Assembly: GCA_963712115.1 (NCBI GenBank)
Contig: CAVQGX010000040.1
Coordinates: 1 to 64,000 of the forward strand
Source of the DNA: an uncultured delta proteobacterium
GTDB taxonomy: Bacteria > Desulfobacterota > Syntrophobacteria > BM002
DNA length: 64,000 nt
Direction of reading: 5' to 3'
Shown piece by piece: positions 8,160-18,134 of the stretch. Below the pieces are notes generated by a model, which saw nothing but the letters and a program-made list of their open reading frames with translations, had not been told where the DNA came from and ran no database searches. Numbering within the stretch: the stretch's first letter is position 1; each line of letters begins with the position of its first letter. A program made the position numbers and the translations under genes.

Positions 8160-9482
8160 TTATAGGGGCCATAGCCTCTGCTCTTCACCAGTACCCCAAC
8201 GGTGGGGTAAAAAGAAAAGATCTTCGATGTGCTCGGTACCGGTCTGGGCCATCAATAGTCGTTCCACTCCCAGAGCGATTCCCGCAGCCGGTGGCATCCC
8301 GTAAATCAGTTCTTTGAGAAACTGTCTATCAGTGGGGACCTCGGGATAGCCCCTCCGTCTCTTTTCCTCTAATGCCCTCTTAAAACGCTCCTCCTGCTCC
8401 ACCGGATCATTCAACTCAGTAAAAGCGTTGGCTATCTCCACACCCGCCACATACACTTCAAATCTCTCGGCAAACTTGGGCCGGCCTGGTTTTCTTGCCG
8501 CAAGTCCAGCCATATTAATGGGATAATCATAGAGGATCTCGGGTTTTTTTAATCCCAGGTGTGGTTCAATAAAATCTAGAAAAAGCTGGTAAAAAAGCGA
8601 GTTAAAATCTCGGCTTTCAACTGCACCATCTCCTAGAAGCCTGAGCGCCTCCGTCCGGAAATATTCCAGGTCATCTACTCCTCTCTCGAGGTTGACCCCA
8701 CAGTGGTGGTCAAAAACTTCCTGCAGACTAGTCCTTGGCCACGGTGGCCGCCAATTAATTTGTCTGGACCGAAAAGCTGAAGAATTTTCAGAATGCAAAC
8801 CTTCGTGGAGATAGATACCAAGTTCCTCCACATCATTCATGATTGCTCGGTAATCAGCATAGGCCCGATACCATTCCAGCATAGTAAACTCGCACTGATG
8901 CAAGGGACCGGTCTCCCCTCCATTTCTAAAGCAGCGGCAGATTTCATAAATGCGCTCCATGCCCGCGCAAAGAGCTTTTTTTAGAGAAAACTCAGGAGAG
9001 GTGGGAAGGTAGCAGCGTTGCCTGCGACCTCGATCATCCAAATAATGGGTGACAAACCCTTGTAAATGGACTTCCAGTCCAGGTGAGACAACCAGCTGGG
9101 GCGTCGGCCACTCGACAAAATCACGGGATGAGAAGAAAGAACGAATCAATCTTAGCCCCTTCGACTTGAGAAGCAGCAGCCGTTTGATTCGGCCCTTGTC
9201 ATGGCGCAAACGATGGAACATGCTTTCCGGGTTGATTGTCGGGTCCTGGGGAGAGACAACAAGTCGGTTGAGACGCAAAACTCTTGGTGGCTGGACCGCT
9301 TCATCCACCAGTGCTTCTACAATATCGCCGCACTTTGGCAGGGTGCTTCCATCAGCAGTAAGCCTCAGTTCACCATCTTGTCCCGCTATCAAAAAGGTGG
9401 GAGGCGTAACCTCCACTACCCTGCCGCGCACCGCTATCTCACCCGGTGCTGACTGAAATTCACAATGACTTTTGTATACCAT
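8160..9482 (-). CDS. epmA: EF-P lysine aminoacylase (EpmA/GenX) with N-terminal extension
   Basis: SPGLEVHL, YLPTSPEF..KK.L, FRNG...H..EFTMLEWY, ERFEVY..GVEIANAFTELNDP, GIALGVERL. Confidence 0.88.
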   Translation of the reverse strand: MVYKSHCEFQSAPGEIAVRGRVVEVTPPTFLIAGQDGELRLTADGSTLPKCGDIVEALVDEAVQPPRVLRLNRLVVSPQDPTINPESMFHRLRHDKGRIKRLLLLKSKGLRLIRSFFSSRDFVEWPTPQLVVSPGLEVHLQGFVTHYLDDRGRRQRCYLPTSPEFSLKKALCAGMERIYEICRCFRNGGETGPLHQCEFTMLEWYRAYADYRAIMNDVEELGIYLHEGLHSENSSAFRSRQINWRPPWPRTSLQEVFDHHCGVNLERGVDDLEYFRTEALRLLGDGAVESRDFNSLFYQLFLDFIEPHLGLKKPEILYDYPINMAGLAARKPGRPKFAERFEVYVAGVEIANAFTELNDPVEQEERFKRALEEKRRRGYPEVPTDRQFLKELIYGMPPAAGIALGVERLLMAQTGTEHIEDLFFLPHRWGTGEEQRLWPL

Positions 9483-9564
9483 TCTCTAATCCTGTTCCAA
9501 AGGTCTTGCATAAAAAGGCCGTATGGACCAATCTCCGTGCCCAAAAGAGTATGGCGACTGGTTT

Positions 9565-9790
9565 AGGAGCCAGGAACCAGGAGTCAGGAGTCAGAATCCA
9601 GAATCCAGGAGAAAAGACCTAAAACGATAATTACAATCCCCTAGCTAGTAACTCCTAGCTCCTGGATTCTTCTCCCTTGGGCCTTGCGCCTGAAGCCTTA
9701 GGCCTGGTGTTAAATTTGCAATCCGCAATTCGAAATTCGCAATAGTTCCCTTCACCCTATGCCCTGTGCTCTATGCTCTATGCCCATACC
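9565..9790. repeat. Intergenic heptamer repeat mosaic
   Basis: AGGAGTC/AGAATCC, AATCCGC/AATTCGC and CTATGCT/CTATGCC arrays. Confidence 0.7.
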
Positions 9791-9845
9791 AAAAAGAAAG
9801 ACCGGTGCACCTGTCCTCCTTACCCGGACGGTCTGGCCGGTCTTC
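9791..9845 (-). terminator. Possible intrinsic terminator of the DUF2914 gene
   Basis: AAGACCGG...CCGGTCTT stem followed on the minus strand by TTTCTTTTT. Confidence 0.4.
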
Positions 9846-9871
9846 AATTGTTTTTGAGTTAAACGAGCTTT

Positions 9872-10288
9872 TTACTGTGTGATTTCAAACTGCAGTTCTT
9901 TCAACACGGTGCCCGCTGCATTAATAACATCTACTCGCCAGGAGCCAATTTCGTGCGCCTGAATAATTTTCGAACTCCAGGTGCGCCAATTGTCTGAGTT
10001 AACGTCCAGCTCTACCCTGGCTCGCTCTTCGGCACCAAAATACCAGACATGGCTGACCTTGGTGGCATCCTGGGCACCGGTAATCTTGGTAAAGCAATAC
10101 AGGGTGCCGACCGAAGCTGAGAAACTCACACCGGCATCCACCGGCTCACGGTCAACCACATCCTGGCAGATAGCAGCCACCGCCACCTCAAGTGAGGGAG
10201 CGTCCTGGGCCACTGCAGCTACAGGCAACCCCAGAAAGGTGGCAACTAGCACGATTAGGACGGCAGGTTTGGACAGAAACTGTTTCAT
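9872..10288 (-). CDS. Secreted DUF2914-like protein
   Basis: Signal peptide (AAVA-QD), LYCFTKI, HVWY, WRTWSSK, GSWRVDV; AAGGAG RBS before ATG 10288. Confidence 0.8.
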   Translation of the reverse strand: MKQFLSKPAVLIVLVATFLGLPVAAVAQDAPSLEVAVAAICQDVVDREPVDAGVSFSASVGTLYCFTKITGAQDATKVSHVWYFGAEERARVELDVNSDNWRTWSSKIIQAHEIGSWRVDVINAAGTVLKELQFEITQ

Positions 10289-10346
10289 GGTTGCTCTCTC
10301 CTTGTTAAAAGGGTTCATAACCTCAGACGGCCTCATTTAAACATAC

Positions 10347-10362
10347 TGGCGTGCTTCTTGCA
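10347..10362 (+). promoter_or_regulatory. Sigma-54 promoter upstream of HD-GYP/ExeA genes
   Basis: TGGCGTGCTTCTTGCA (GG-N10-GC). Confidence 0.7.
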
Positions 10363-10471
10363 ATACAAAAGCACCGCTGGCAAACTTGACAACTGATTTC
10401 TAATGTACTAAATCCCCGACGGAAAGAGTCACAAAAAGCTCGGGGATCATTTCGGGGAATGGTGAAACAAG

Positions 10472-11467
10472 GTGTTACGATTCTCTGACCTAGACAAGAA
10501 GGGTGCTAGGAAGGAAGCCGACACAGAAAGCTCGGTGATTGAGGATCTGTCCCAAGCAAGTGGCATCCAGCTTGACGCCAAAGATTGGTACCAACGCGCC
10601 TGCCGCTTCATGGGGGATGTTTTTGCAAAGGTCCGCAATCAAGAGAAGCCTAATCTGACTGAGGGTGAGGCCCTGATTGAGGAAATTGTCCAGGCCTGCT
10701 TGCAGGGAAACCTGCCTCAGGAATTACTCATCATGGCCCAATATGGAAATGAGACCAGCTCCTTCCTCGTCAATAAAGCGGTCAATGTAACCGTTTTCGC
10801 GATTTTTATGGGAGATAGTCTAGGACTACCCAAGGAACGGTTGGTGGAATTGGGACTCGCTGCCCTGCTCCACGATATAGGCAAAGTACGGGTGCCTGAG
10901 GAAATCCTCTATAAAGAGGCAACCCTCAAAGATGACGAGTTGGAGGTGCTGCGAAAATACCCCCACGATAGTTTCGACATTCTGCAAGGTCTCGGTGACA
11001 AATACCACTACCTCGCCGAATGCGCCCTCCACGTTAACGAGAGGCTGGATGGCAGCGGCTTTCCCCAGGGGCTCAAGGGAGATGCAATCAACCCTTATGC
11101 TAGAGTCATAGGCATACTAGAGCTCTACGAAGCTATGACCCATAACCGACCCCAGCGGCAGAAGCTCTCCCATTTCGAGGCGGTGAAGGAGATCATAAAG
11201 ACGAAAAAAAGCGCCTTTCAACGCGAGCTGTTGAAAGCCTTTCTCAACACCTTCGGCATTTTTCCTCTCCATTGCCTGGTGAAGCTAAATTCCGGAGCCG
11301 TTGGCAGGGTCATCCAAACCTACGAGGAGCAGCCACTGCGACCGAAGATAGAGATCATTGTGGATGCTCAAAATAAGCGGGTAAAGGTGCCGCGGACGGT
11401 TGATTTAAGGGAACAGCAGGTACTATACATCGCAGACGCGCTCACGGAAGAAAATCTCAACGCGTGA
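10472..11467 (+). CDS. HD-GYP domain protein (partly degenerate)
   Basis: LLHDIGK, HVNERLDGSGFPQGL, YEAMT..RP.R. Confidence 0.85.
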   Translation: MLRFSDLDKKGARKEADTESSVIEDLSQASGIQLDAKDWYQRACRFMGDVFAKVRNQEKPNLTEGEALIEEIVQACLQGNLPQELLIMAQYGNETSSFLVNKAVNVTVFAIFMGDSLGLPKERLVELGLAALLHDIGKVRVPEEILYKEATLKDDELEVLRKYPHDSFDILQGLGDKYHYLAECALHVNERLDGSGFPQGLKGDAINPYARVIGILELYEAMTHNRPQRQKLSHFEAVKEIIKTKKSAFQRELLKAFLNTFGIFPLHCLVKLNSGAVGRVIQTYEEQPLRPKIEIIVDAQNKRVKVPRTVDLREQQVLYIADALTEENLNA

Positions 11468-11475
11468 GGTTTAAG

Positions 11476-12276
11476 ATGTATCTGGAACACTATGATCTTA
11501 ATATTCTGCCTTTTGAAAACGCCCCTAACCCGGCTTTCTTTTATCCTTCTTCCATGCATAAGGAGGCTCTGGAACGTTTGCATTATACTGTCTCCCAGGG
11601 AAAAGGGGCCGCCATGCTCATTGGTGGGGTTGGTTGCGGCAAGACCATCATAAGCCATGCCCTGATTGATCGGCTCAGGAAAGACCGCTATCGGGTGGTC
11701 GCCATGAGCAATCCAGCTTTTGAGCCAAAGGAATTTCTCGAAATGACCATGAGACTATTCCAGGTCCCAAATGGATATAGCCGATCAAAAGCGGACATGC
11801 TGCATTTCCTGGAAGGCCAGTTGAAAAAAAATATGGTGGAGGCCAAAGGCTCTGTGCTTATAGTTGATGAGGCCCAGGTTATTCACAACGAAAAAACACT
11901 GGAGGAACTGCGCATGCTTCTCAACCTCCAGTCAAAAACCAAATTTCTGGTTAACCTTATTCTCCTTGGACAATTGGAGTTGACTGAGCACGTTGCCAAG
12001 GTGGCTCCTCTGGATCAAAGAATTTCAATCCGCTACAGACTCACTCCCCTCCCTTATAAAGACTCTCTTTACTACATCAAACATCGCTTGACTGTGGCAG
12101 GTTGCAAGAGATTGCCCTTCACTGCCGAGGCTCTGGAGGCTATTTTCAGATTTACCAAAGGCATCCCTCGGGAAATTAACAACCTCTGCGATCGCAGCCT
12201 ACTTGCCACCTATCTGGCGGACAAGACTATCGTCAGTCATGAAATCGTTGAGGATGCCTGGAAGGATCTTCAGTGA
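11476..12276 (+). CDS. ExeA/GspA-like AAA ATPase
   Basis: MYLEHY.L...PF, Walker A GGVGCGKT, LIVDEAQ, LLGQ.EL, GIPREINNLCD. Confidence 0.88.
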   Translation: MYLEHYDLNILPFENAPNPAFFYPSSMHKEALERLHYTVSQGKGAAMLIGGVGCGKTIISHALIDRLRKDRYRVVAMSNPAFEPKEFLEMTMRLFQVPNGYSRSKADMLHFLEGQLKKNMVEAKGSVLIVDEAQVIHNEKTLEELRMLLNLQSKTKFLVNLILLGQLELTEHVAKVAPLDQRISIRYRLTPLPYKDSLYYIKHRLTVAGCKRLPFTAEALEAIFRFTKGIPREINNLCDRSLLATYLADKTIVSHEIVEDAWKDLQ

Positions 12277-12309
12277 TCACCGGGCACCGCCTTACCCTAG
12301 CCCGGATCA

Positions 12310-12525
12310 AAATCCCCCCGCCCGCCTCGCCTGAAGGCGAAGCCGATGGCGGGCAGGCCTAACCCCCGTTTTAAGACCATTGAACATCGAACAGCAGAAC
12401 AAGGAACCGCAGAATCATGAAGTAATCACTTCATCATTCGATATTCCTTGTTCGATATTCTACTGTTCAAAAAAATTTCTTTAAAACCTACACTGCCCCT
12501 GCGTCAAATTGGGGGGTGGGATTTA
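12310..12525. repeat. Composite palindromic element between convergent genes
   Basis: REP-like CCCGCC...GGCGGG at 12321-12353 and a ~90-bp imperfect inverted repeat at 12380-12470 (TTGAAC...ATGAAGT/ACTTCAT...GTTCAA). Confidence 0.6.
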
Positions 12526-12556
12526 TCTCATGGCAGAGAGCTTTTCCCAGGCGACA

Positions 12557-14407
12557 CTACATGAAATATGGTCCAGTGCCTGTGGACGGTTGGTCCGGTC
12601 GGACCTGCTGGTGGGAAACTATGGAACGATAGTAATCATTGCTCTCCATGAGTGACTCATGGGTGCCAATGGCAATCAGGCGGTTTTGATCCAAAAGAAA
12701 GATCCGATCGGCATTCATGATAGTAGAAAGCCGGTGGGCCACCACAAAGAGGGTCTTGTTCTCGATAACAGATGGGAGAGATAGAAAAATGGTCTTTTCC
12801 GTCTGGCTATCCAACGCAGAGGTTGGCTCATCCAGCACCAGAATGTCCGGATCTTTCACTATGGCCCGGGCTAGGGCCAGGCGCTGTTTTTGTCCTTCCG
12901 AAAGTTTAACTCCATCTTCACCGATCTCGGTCTCATAGCCTTCCGGTAGGCTCGCTATGAAATCATGGATACCAGCAACTTTGGCCGCCCTTGAGACTTC
13001 CTCTTCCCTGGCCTCTGGATTGCCGTAACGAAGGTTTTCCATAATAGATCCGGATAAAAGGAGTGTGCTCTGAGCGACGTAGCCAATCCGCTGTCGCAAT
13101 GAACCAAGTTCATAGTCACGTGCCGGTTGGCCATCGAAGTAAATTTCTCCTGCATTGGGCCTGTAGAAACGGAGGATAAGGCTCAACAACGTGGTCTTAC
13201 CCACGCCGCTGGGCCCCACAATGGCTACCCGTTCTCCGGGTTGAATGCGGAAGGAGATATTGTTGAGCACCGGCTCACGCTCGTCGTAGGAGAATGAGAC
13301 GTTGTTGAACTCAATCTCCCCTCTTAGCCTTTCTGTTTTTTCACCGGCGCCAACATTCTCTTCCGGAATGATGTCATAGAGAGCCGAAACGCGTTCCAGT
13401 GCCGCTCGGGCATTCTGCAATTGAAGGTTGGCACTGGCCAAAAACTGCGCCGGGCCGAATACATAGGCCAGGTAGGCTATAAAAGCCAGTAAAGAACCTA
13501 AACTCCAATGACCCTGAATCACCCAGTAAGCCCCCAAGGCCAGTATAGTGACCTTTGCCATTCCTGGCATGGAATTGATTACCAGATTGGCAACGGAACT
13601 TACCGTGGTCTGCTCCAGGGAAATGTGAAATGCCTCTGACAGTTGGGACATGAAACGTTTAACTGTGCGCGCTTCAGTGGAGAAGGCCTTGATCAAGGAT
13701 ACCGAAGCGAGAGACTCCTGCAACTGGCTCGTGACATTGGCCTGTTGTTCCATATCCTGGTGGCTTAAGACGTGAACTTTCTTTGAGAAGTACCTTATAC
13801 AAAGCACCAGGCCGGGGACGATTAAAAGGACACCAAGGGCAAGCCTCCATTCCAGGTAGAAAAGCAAAACCACTCCGCCGGCAAATCGCAGGAGATTACT
13901 GATTATGTAAGCAATTGTGCTTGAAAAAAACCAGCGCAGCCCATCCACGTCGGAGGAGAGACGGGAAATCAAGTAGCCTGTCTGTTTTTCATCGAAGAAA
14001 GCCTTGGGAAAGCGCAGGACATGGCTGAAAAGATCTTGCTGGATGTCGAGGGTAACCTCCTGCTCAAAGCGGGCAAAATAGAATTGCTGCAAGAGGCCTG
14101 TTAGTTTCTCCGCCAGGGAGATTCCGGCCAGCAGGAGAATGGCTACTGCCAGGAACCCCAGCTCACGACTTAGGATCACATCGTCAACCAGATAACGCAT
14201 GATGAGTGGTTGAGGGATGCCGAGAAAAGAGCTGACCATGATGAGGATGACACCCACTGCACCCTTGCGCCAATGGAGACCGATAAAAGGGTGGAGGTTC
14301 TCGAGGCTGGTCTTTAAAGACCCGTGGCTCGCCTGACCACCAATACGGTCCTCAGGTAGCTTTCGCGAAAGCCCTGATTTTAAATATGTCCACCAGCTGT
14401 TCTTCAC
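12557..14407 (-). CDS. ABC exporter, fused permease/ATPase (MsbA-like)
   Basis: Multi-TM N-domain, GPSGVGKT, LSEGQKQR, ILVLDEPTSALD, AHRLST. Confidence 0.92.
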   Translation of the reverse strand: MKNSWWTYLKSGLSRKLPEDRIGGQASHGSLKTSLENLHPFIGLHWRKGAVGVILIMVSSFLGIPQPLIMRYLVDDVILSRELGFLAVAILLLAGISLAEKLTGLLQQFYFARFEQEVTLDIQQDLFSHVLRFPKAFFDEKQTGYLISRLSSDVDGLRWFFSSTIAYIISNLLRFAGGVVLLFYLEWRLALGVLLIVPGLVLCIRYFSKKVHVLSHQDMEQQANVTSQLQESLASVSLIKAFSTEARTVKRFMSQLSEAFHISLEQTTVSSVANLVINSMPGMAKVTILALGAYWVIQGHWSLGSLLAFIAYLAYVFGPAQFLASANLQLQNARAALERVSALYDIIPEENVGAGEKTERLRGEIEFNNVSFSYDEREPVLNNISFRIQPGERVAIVGPSGVGKTTLLSLILRFYRPNAGEIYFDGQPARDYELGSLRQRIGYVAQSTLLLSGSIMENLRYGNPEAREEEVSRAAKVAGIHDFIASLPEGYETEIGEDGVKLSEGQKQRLALARAIVKDPDILVLDEPTSALDSQTEKTIFLSLPSVIENKTLFVVAHRLSTIMNADRIFLLDQNRLIAIGTHESLMESNDYYRSIVSHQQVRPDQPSTGTGPYFM

Positions 14408-14410
14408 AAA

Positions 14411-15691
14411 CTAACCTTCTTGTTTCAATGAACCTATCCGTTTGACAACCAGGTCATCAATCCATCTAAACCACCTTCTCACATAAGAGAACGGCAGCAG
14501 CCAATTACTGGAGGTCGGGTAACAAAATCGCACAATATCAGGATGGGGAAAAAGCAAACGGAGCAACGACGGAACCCTCTTTAGAAAAAGGGAGGGATTC
14601 GCCAGCGACCGTTTCAGCAAAATAGTCACCCAATGGTGCCGCATTGTGTCTGCCCAAACAGCAGACTCGTCCTCTGTGGGTCGTGGCCAGGTGGAGAAGT
14701 CGTCGAATCCGTCCGGCAGCTCGAGTCCGGCCCAGACTTGAGCCATTTTCAGGCAATGTTCCAAGGGCAGCCGAGCCCTCCAGGCGACGCTCCTCTCCTG
14801 TAATGCTTCCCAGTCATTGTCCACTTGAAGTTGTTGGGCAAGCAATGCCGTGTCATAAATCCAACTTAACCGCATTTCATTTTTATGGATCATTACTAAG
14901 TGAATTGCCGAATGAATGAGATAGTCCACTGGGTGCAGGGTTTCGAAAGCGAGAGTTGGGGTCTCAACCTTCCAACCCCTCTGAAAAAGATCCTGTATGT
15001 CAACCTCTTCACTGCCCTTAAAAAAGGGGTGCAGTTCCCAGTGGACCCAGTGCAGATCAACCGGAAACTTGTTACCGTGATTTCCTTGATGGACAAAGCA
15101 CTCCTCGCGGAAAAAGTCCCTGGCGGTTTCGAACCTCTTTGCCAGGCATCTGTAGCCCAACCTCTCCAATATACCTCGCGCCTGAACCACTTGATCCGGA
15201 ATCACCAACAGGTCAAGATCACAGCTGGACCTCATGGCTGGATCTGGATACAGTGAAAATGCCAGGGCAGGTCCACGCAGAACCAGCACTCGAATACCTT
15301 GTTCCCGGAACGCCTCAATGATTTCCTGGAGCTGCCTTTCCATGTGAAGAGAACGTACAACACTGATGAGAAAATCCTGCCTCATTTCATCGGTGATCGG
15401 TTCCGGTGGGCGACATTCCGGCGGCAAAGAGCCAATTTTTCGATAAACAAAAGGGATTATCCAGTTAGCTCGGAGGAAATTTAGCAGGCTAGACCATTCA
15501 TTTGAAGATGCCGCTGGAGCCAGGGGAGATTCATCTTTCAAAACTGATTTTACGTAGGCAAGAAGTTCATCTGAGAGATTAAGAAGGTACTTATCTGAAA
15601 TTCCACAGAGCTTCATACTCGGGTGAATGCTTTGCATCGTCTCTTTCAACGTGAAAGCTCTTTCGGAATCTATTATGATTGCTTCACTCAT
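14411..15691 (-). CDS. Uncharacterised nucleotidyltransferase (NTP_transf_5-like)
   Basis: VLVLRGPALA...YPDPAMR.S.DLDLLV, VDLHW, LSWIYD. Confidence 0.82.
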   Translation of the reverse strand: MSEAIIIDSERAFTLKETMQSIHPSMKLCGISDKYLLNLSDELLAYVKSVLKDESPLAPAASSNEWSSLLNFLRANWIIPFVYRKIGSLPPECRPPEPITDEMRQDFLISVVRSLHMERQLQEIIEAFREQGIRVLVLRGPALAFSLYPDPAMRSSCDLDLLVIPDQVVQARGILERLGYRCLAKRFETARDFFREECFVHQGNHGNKFPVDLHWVHWELHPFFKGSEEVDIQDLFQRGWKVETPTLAFETLHPVDYLIHSAIHLVMIHKNEMRLSWIYDTALLAQQLQVDNDWEALQERSVAWRARLPLEHCLKMAQVWAGLELPDGFDDFSTWPRPTEDESAVWADTMRHHWVTILLKRSLANPSLFLKRVPSLLRLLFPHPDIVRFCYPTSSNWLLPFSYVRRWFRWIDDLVVKRIGSLKQEG

Positions 15692-15750
15692 CGGAGATCA
15701 CTCTCAGCCTTGTCCACCATTACTCCAACACTCCAATCCTATAAAGTTCA

Positions 15751-15766
15751 AGCAAACTTCATGCCG
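15751..15766 (-). promoter_or_regulatory. Sigma-54 promoter of nucleotidyltransferase/ABC operon
   Basis: Reverse complement CGGCATGAAGTTTGCT (GG-N10-GC), about 60 nt upstream of ATG 15691. Confidence 0.72.
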
Positions 15767-16282
15767 CTGGTTTTGCATCTTGATCTTTGTCTGTTCGGCC
15801 AATGCCGAATGATGAAATTGCCTTTTCCATCTGCACTGAAACAAACACATTGGTGACTGAATTCGAGCTGGGAAGAGGTAGGGTGAAAACAGAAGGTCAG
15901 ACATCGGGGCCGACAGAGGTTGCATTGGCTTTCTGTGTTTGGGGTCCTAGCATTTCAAGTAACAGAAATTTCGAGATCTATAAACCATCACGTCCGCAAT
16001 TACAACCCTTGGGACAAGGAGCCAGGAGCCAGTTTTGCCGGTTTAGCCGGTTGTACTCAGCAGGCAGCAGACAGCTTGCAGCTGGCAGCAAGAAATCTCA
16101 GCTTTACAATGTCCTGTAGGAGCAAGCTTCGCTTGCGATTTGAAGGCTCCCCCCTTTTACAACAAATGACAGCGCAGCCCAGTGACTTAATGACGCCGAA
16201 GGCAAATGACAGTGAAACGTCTCGGCCCAAGAATTGCAATGGTCTGAAGGTCACAACAAGAGTCAATCCTCGGAGAATTTAC

Positions 16283-16582
16283 ATGAACACTTTAGACACC
16301 TGTTTTGCCAAAGAGAAGGATCTCGTCACCAGAGATGTCGCCGGCGAGAGCATTATCGTGCCCATCAAGGGTCACGTGGGTGATCTGGAGGGAGTTTTTA
16401 CCCTTAGTGAAGTGGGCGCCATGATCTGGCAACTCATCGACGGGCAGAAAACCGTTCGGCAGCTAATGGAAGCTGTGAAAAACGAGTACGATGTTGGGGC
16501 CGGGGAGGCGGAAAAAGACCTTTTAGATTTCCTCCGATCTCTCGAAGGTTCCGGACTGATCAAGCCGTCTGGAGCAACTTGA
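16283..16582 (+). CDS. PqqD-family RiPP recognition element
   Basis: LVTRDVAGESIIVPI...FTLSEVGAMIWQLIDG...DLLDFLRSLEGSGLI. GGAG RBS before ATG 16283; the upstream part of the called ORF is repeat-derived. Confidence 0.88.
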   Translation: MNTLDTCFAKEKDLVTRDVAGESIIVPIKGHVGDLEGVFTLSEVGAMIWQLIDGQKTVRQLMEAVKNEYDVGAGEAEKDLLDFLRSLEGSGLIKPSGAT

Positions 16583-16607
16583 AACTGACGATGCCATGCC
16601 ATCACCA

Positions 16608-16634
16608 GTCATCCCCGCGCAGGCGGGGATCCAG
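16608..16634. repeat. REP-like palindrome
   Basis: GTCATCCCCGCGCAGGCGGGGATCCAG. Confidence 0.7.
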
Positions 16635-16698
16635 TTAGGTCGAAGCCTCAAGGCATGCAAGACTGAATTATTGAACACTCTCAGGTTAGAGATAAACC

Positions 16699-17820
16699 AT
16701 GGAAACGGTTAGCTATAAGGATTTTGCCCTTGGCATTTCCCATCGGGTTTCAGGCAAGCGCATCCCCTTGCGCGGGACCATTGAGGTAACCCGTCGCTGC
16801 CCCTTAACATGTGCCCACTGTTACAACAACCTGCCCTTAAAGGATCAACAGGCCCTTGACGGCGAACTTTCCTTCGATGAGCACTGTCGTATTGTGGATG
16901 AGATTGTGGAGGCGGGCTGCTTCTGGCTCCTTTATACGGGTGGGGAGATCTTCGCCAGACAGGATTTCATTGATATCTACAAGCACGCAAAGCAGCAAGG
17001 CTTGCTCATCACCTTGTTTACCAATGCAATCCTGATCAATAAAAAAATCGCCGATTCTCTGGCCGACTGCCCACCTCACTACATTGAAATCAGCCTGTAC
17101 GGACACACCAAGAAAACCTACGAAAAGATAACCGGCAGACCAGGCTCTTTCGAACTCTGCCTGGGAGGAATCCAGTTGCTCATGGAGCGTAAGATCCCCG
17201 TCAAGCTCAAGACAGTTACCATGACATTAAACAAGCATGAGATCTGGGAGATGAAGCGGTTTGTGGAGGAAGACCTGGGCTTGGAATTCAGGTTCGATGC
17301 CATGATCAACCCGCGGCTTGACGGCTCTCAGGGCCCTCTGGCCCTCAGGCTTACACCGGAAGAGGTGGTGGACCTCGATCTGCAGGACCCGGAACGGCTG
17401 GCAGAGTGGAACCGGTTCTGCGAGCGCCATACCGGACCTCGCATCGAGTCAAAACAGTCCCATGACCTCTATCAGTGCGGTGGTGGGGTGGGCTCCTTTG
17501 CCATTGATCCTTCAGGAAACCTCACTCTCTGCGGCATGTCTGCCAGTGCCACCTATGACCTTAGACAAGGTACTTTTCGAGATGGCTGGGAAGATTTTAT
17601 TTCGAGGGTCCGACAGAAAAAGATCACCAGGCAGACCAAGTGTTTTGCCTGTGAGATCAAAGCCATGTGTGGGATGTGTCCAGCCAACGGTGAGTTAGAA
17701 AAAGGAGACCCGGAAGAACCCGTGGATTTTCTTTGCCGCGTCGCCCATCTTCGGGCACATGCCCTCGGCTTGACCGTGCCCCCCCATGGTGATTGTGAAT
17801 ACTGCAAAAATCCTCTCTAA
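16699..17820 (+). CDS. Radical SAM/SPASM peptide maturase
   Basis: CPLTCAHC, TGGE, SPASM CGGG...IDPSGNLTLC...CFAC...CGMCPA...C; adjacent to an RRE. Confidence 0.9.
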   Translation: METVSYKDFALGISHRVSGKRIPLRGTIEVTRRCPLTCAHCYNNLPLKDQQALDGELSFDEHCRIVDEIVEAGCFWLLYTGGEIFARQDFIDIYKHAKQQGLLITLFTNAILINKKIADSLADCPPHYIEISLYGHTKKTYEKITGRPGSFELCLGGIQLLMERKIPVKLKTVTMTLNKHEIWEMKRFVEEDLGLEFRFDAMINPRLDGSQGPLALRLTPEEVVDLDLQDPERLAEWNRFCERHTGPRIESKQSHDLYQCGGGVGSFAIDPSGNLTLCGMSASATYDLRQGTFRDGWEDFISRVRQKKITRQTKCFACEIKAMCGMCPANGELEKGDPEEPVDFLCRVAHLRAHALGLTVPPHGDCEYCKNPL

Positions 17821-17930
17821 AACCCCCTCCCCTAACGCCTCTAGCTCCTCTACCAGTCCCGGCGCACGATCATAGTTCGTGTCCATCTGAAATACAATAA
17901 TCTCCTCCCACCAGAGAATGTTTCGCAATT

Positions 17931-18047
17931 CGTCATCCCGGCCAAGTCCGCCTGCGGCGGACGCGAGCCGGGATCCAGAAAGAATCTTATTATATTTGGC
18001 TTTCACTGGATTCCGGATATCCGCCGGCGGCGGATTCCGGAATGACG
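17931..18047. repeat. Inverted pair of REP-like palindromes
   Basis: CGTCATCCCGG...CCGGGATCCAG and CTGGATTCCGG...CCGGAATGACG. Confidence 0.72.
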
Positions 18048-18134
18048 GGTTAGGGACATTGCGACACAGTCGCCCAGGCAACACTTTGTATAAAAATCAT
18101 AAAATTATTTAATACTTAAGAACTATTTTTATAC

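Noticed and set aside
8160-9482. Lysyl-tRNA synthetase
   Set aside because: The motifs TSPEF..KK, EFTMLEWY and SPGLE.HL are EpmA-type, and the protein is shorter than LysRS.
15920-16282. N-terminal extension of the PqqD ORF
   Set aside because: It translates intergenic repeats; a good RBS and ATG occur at 16283.
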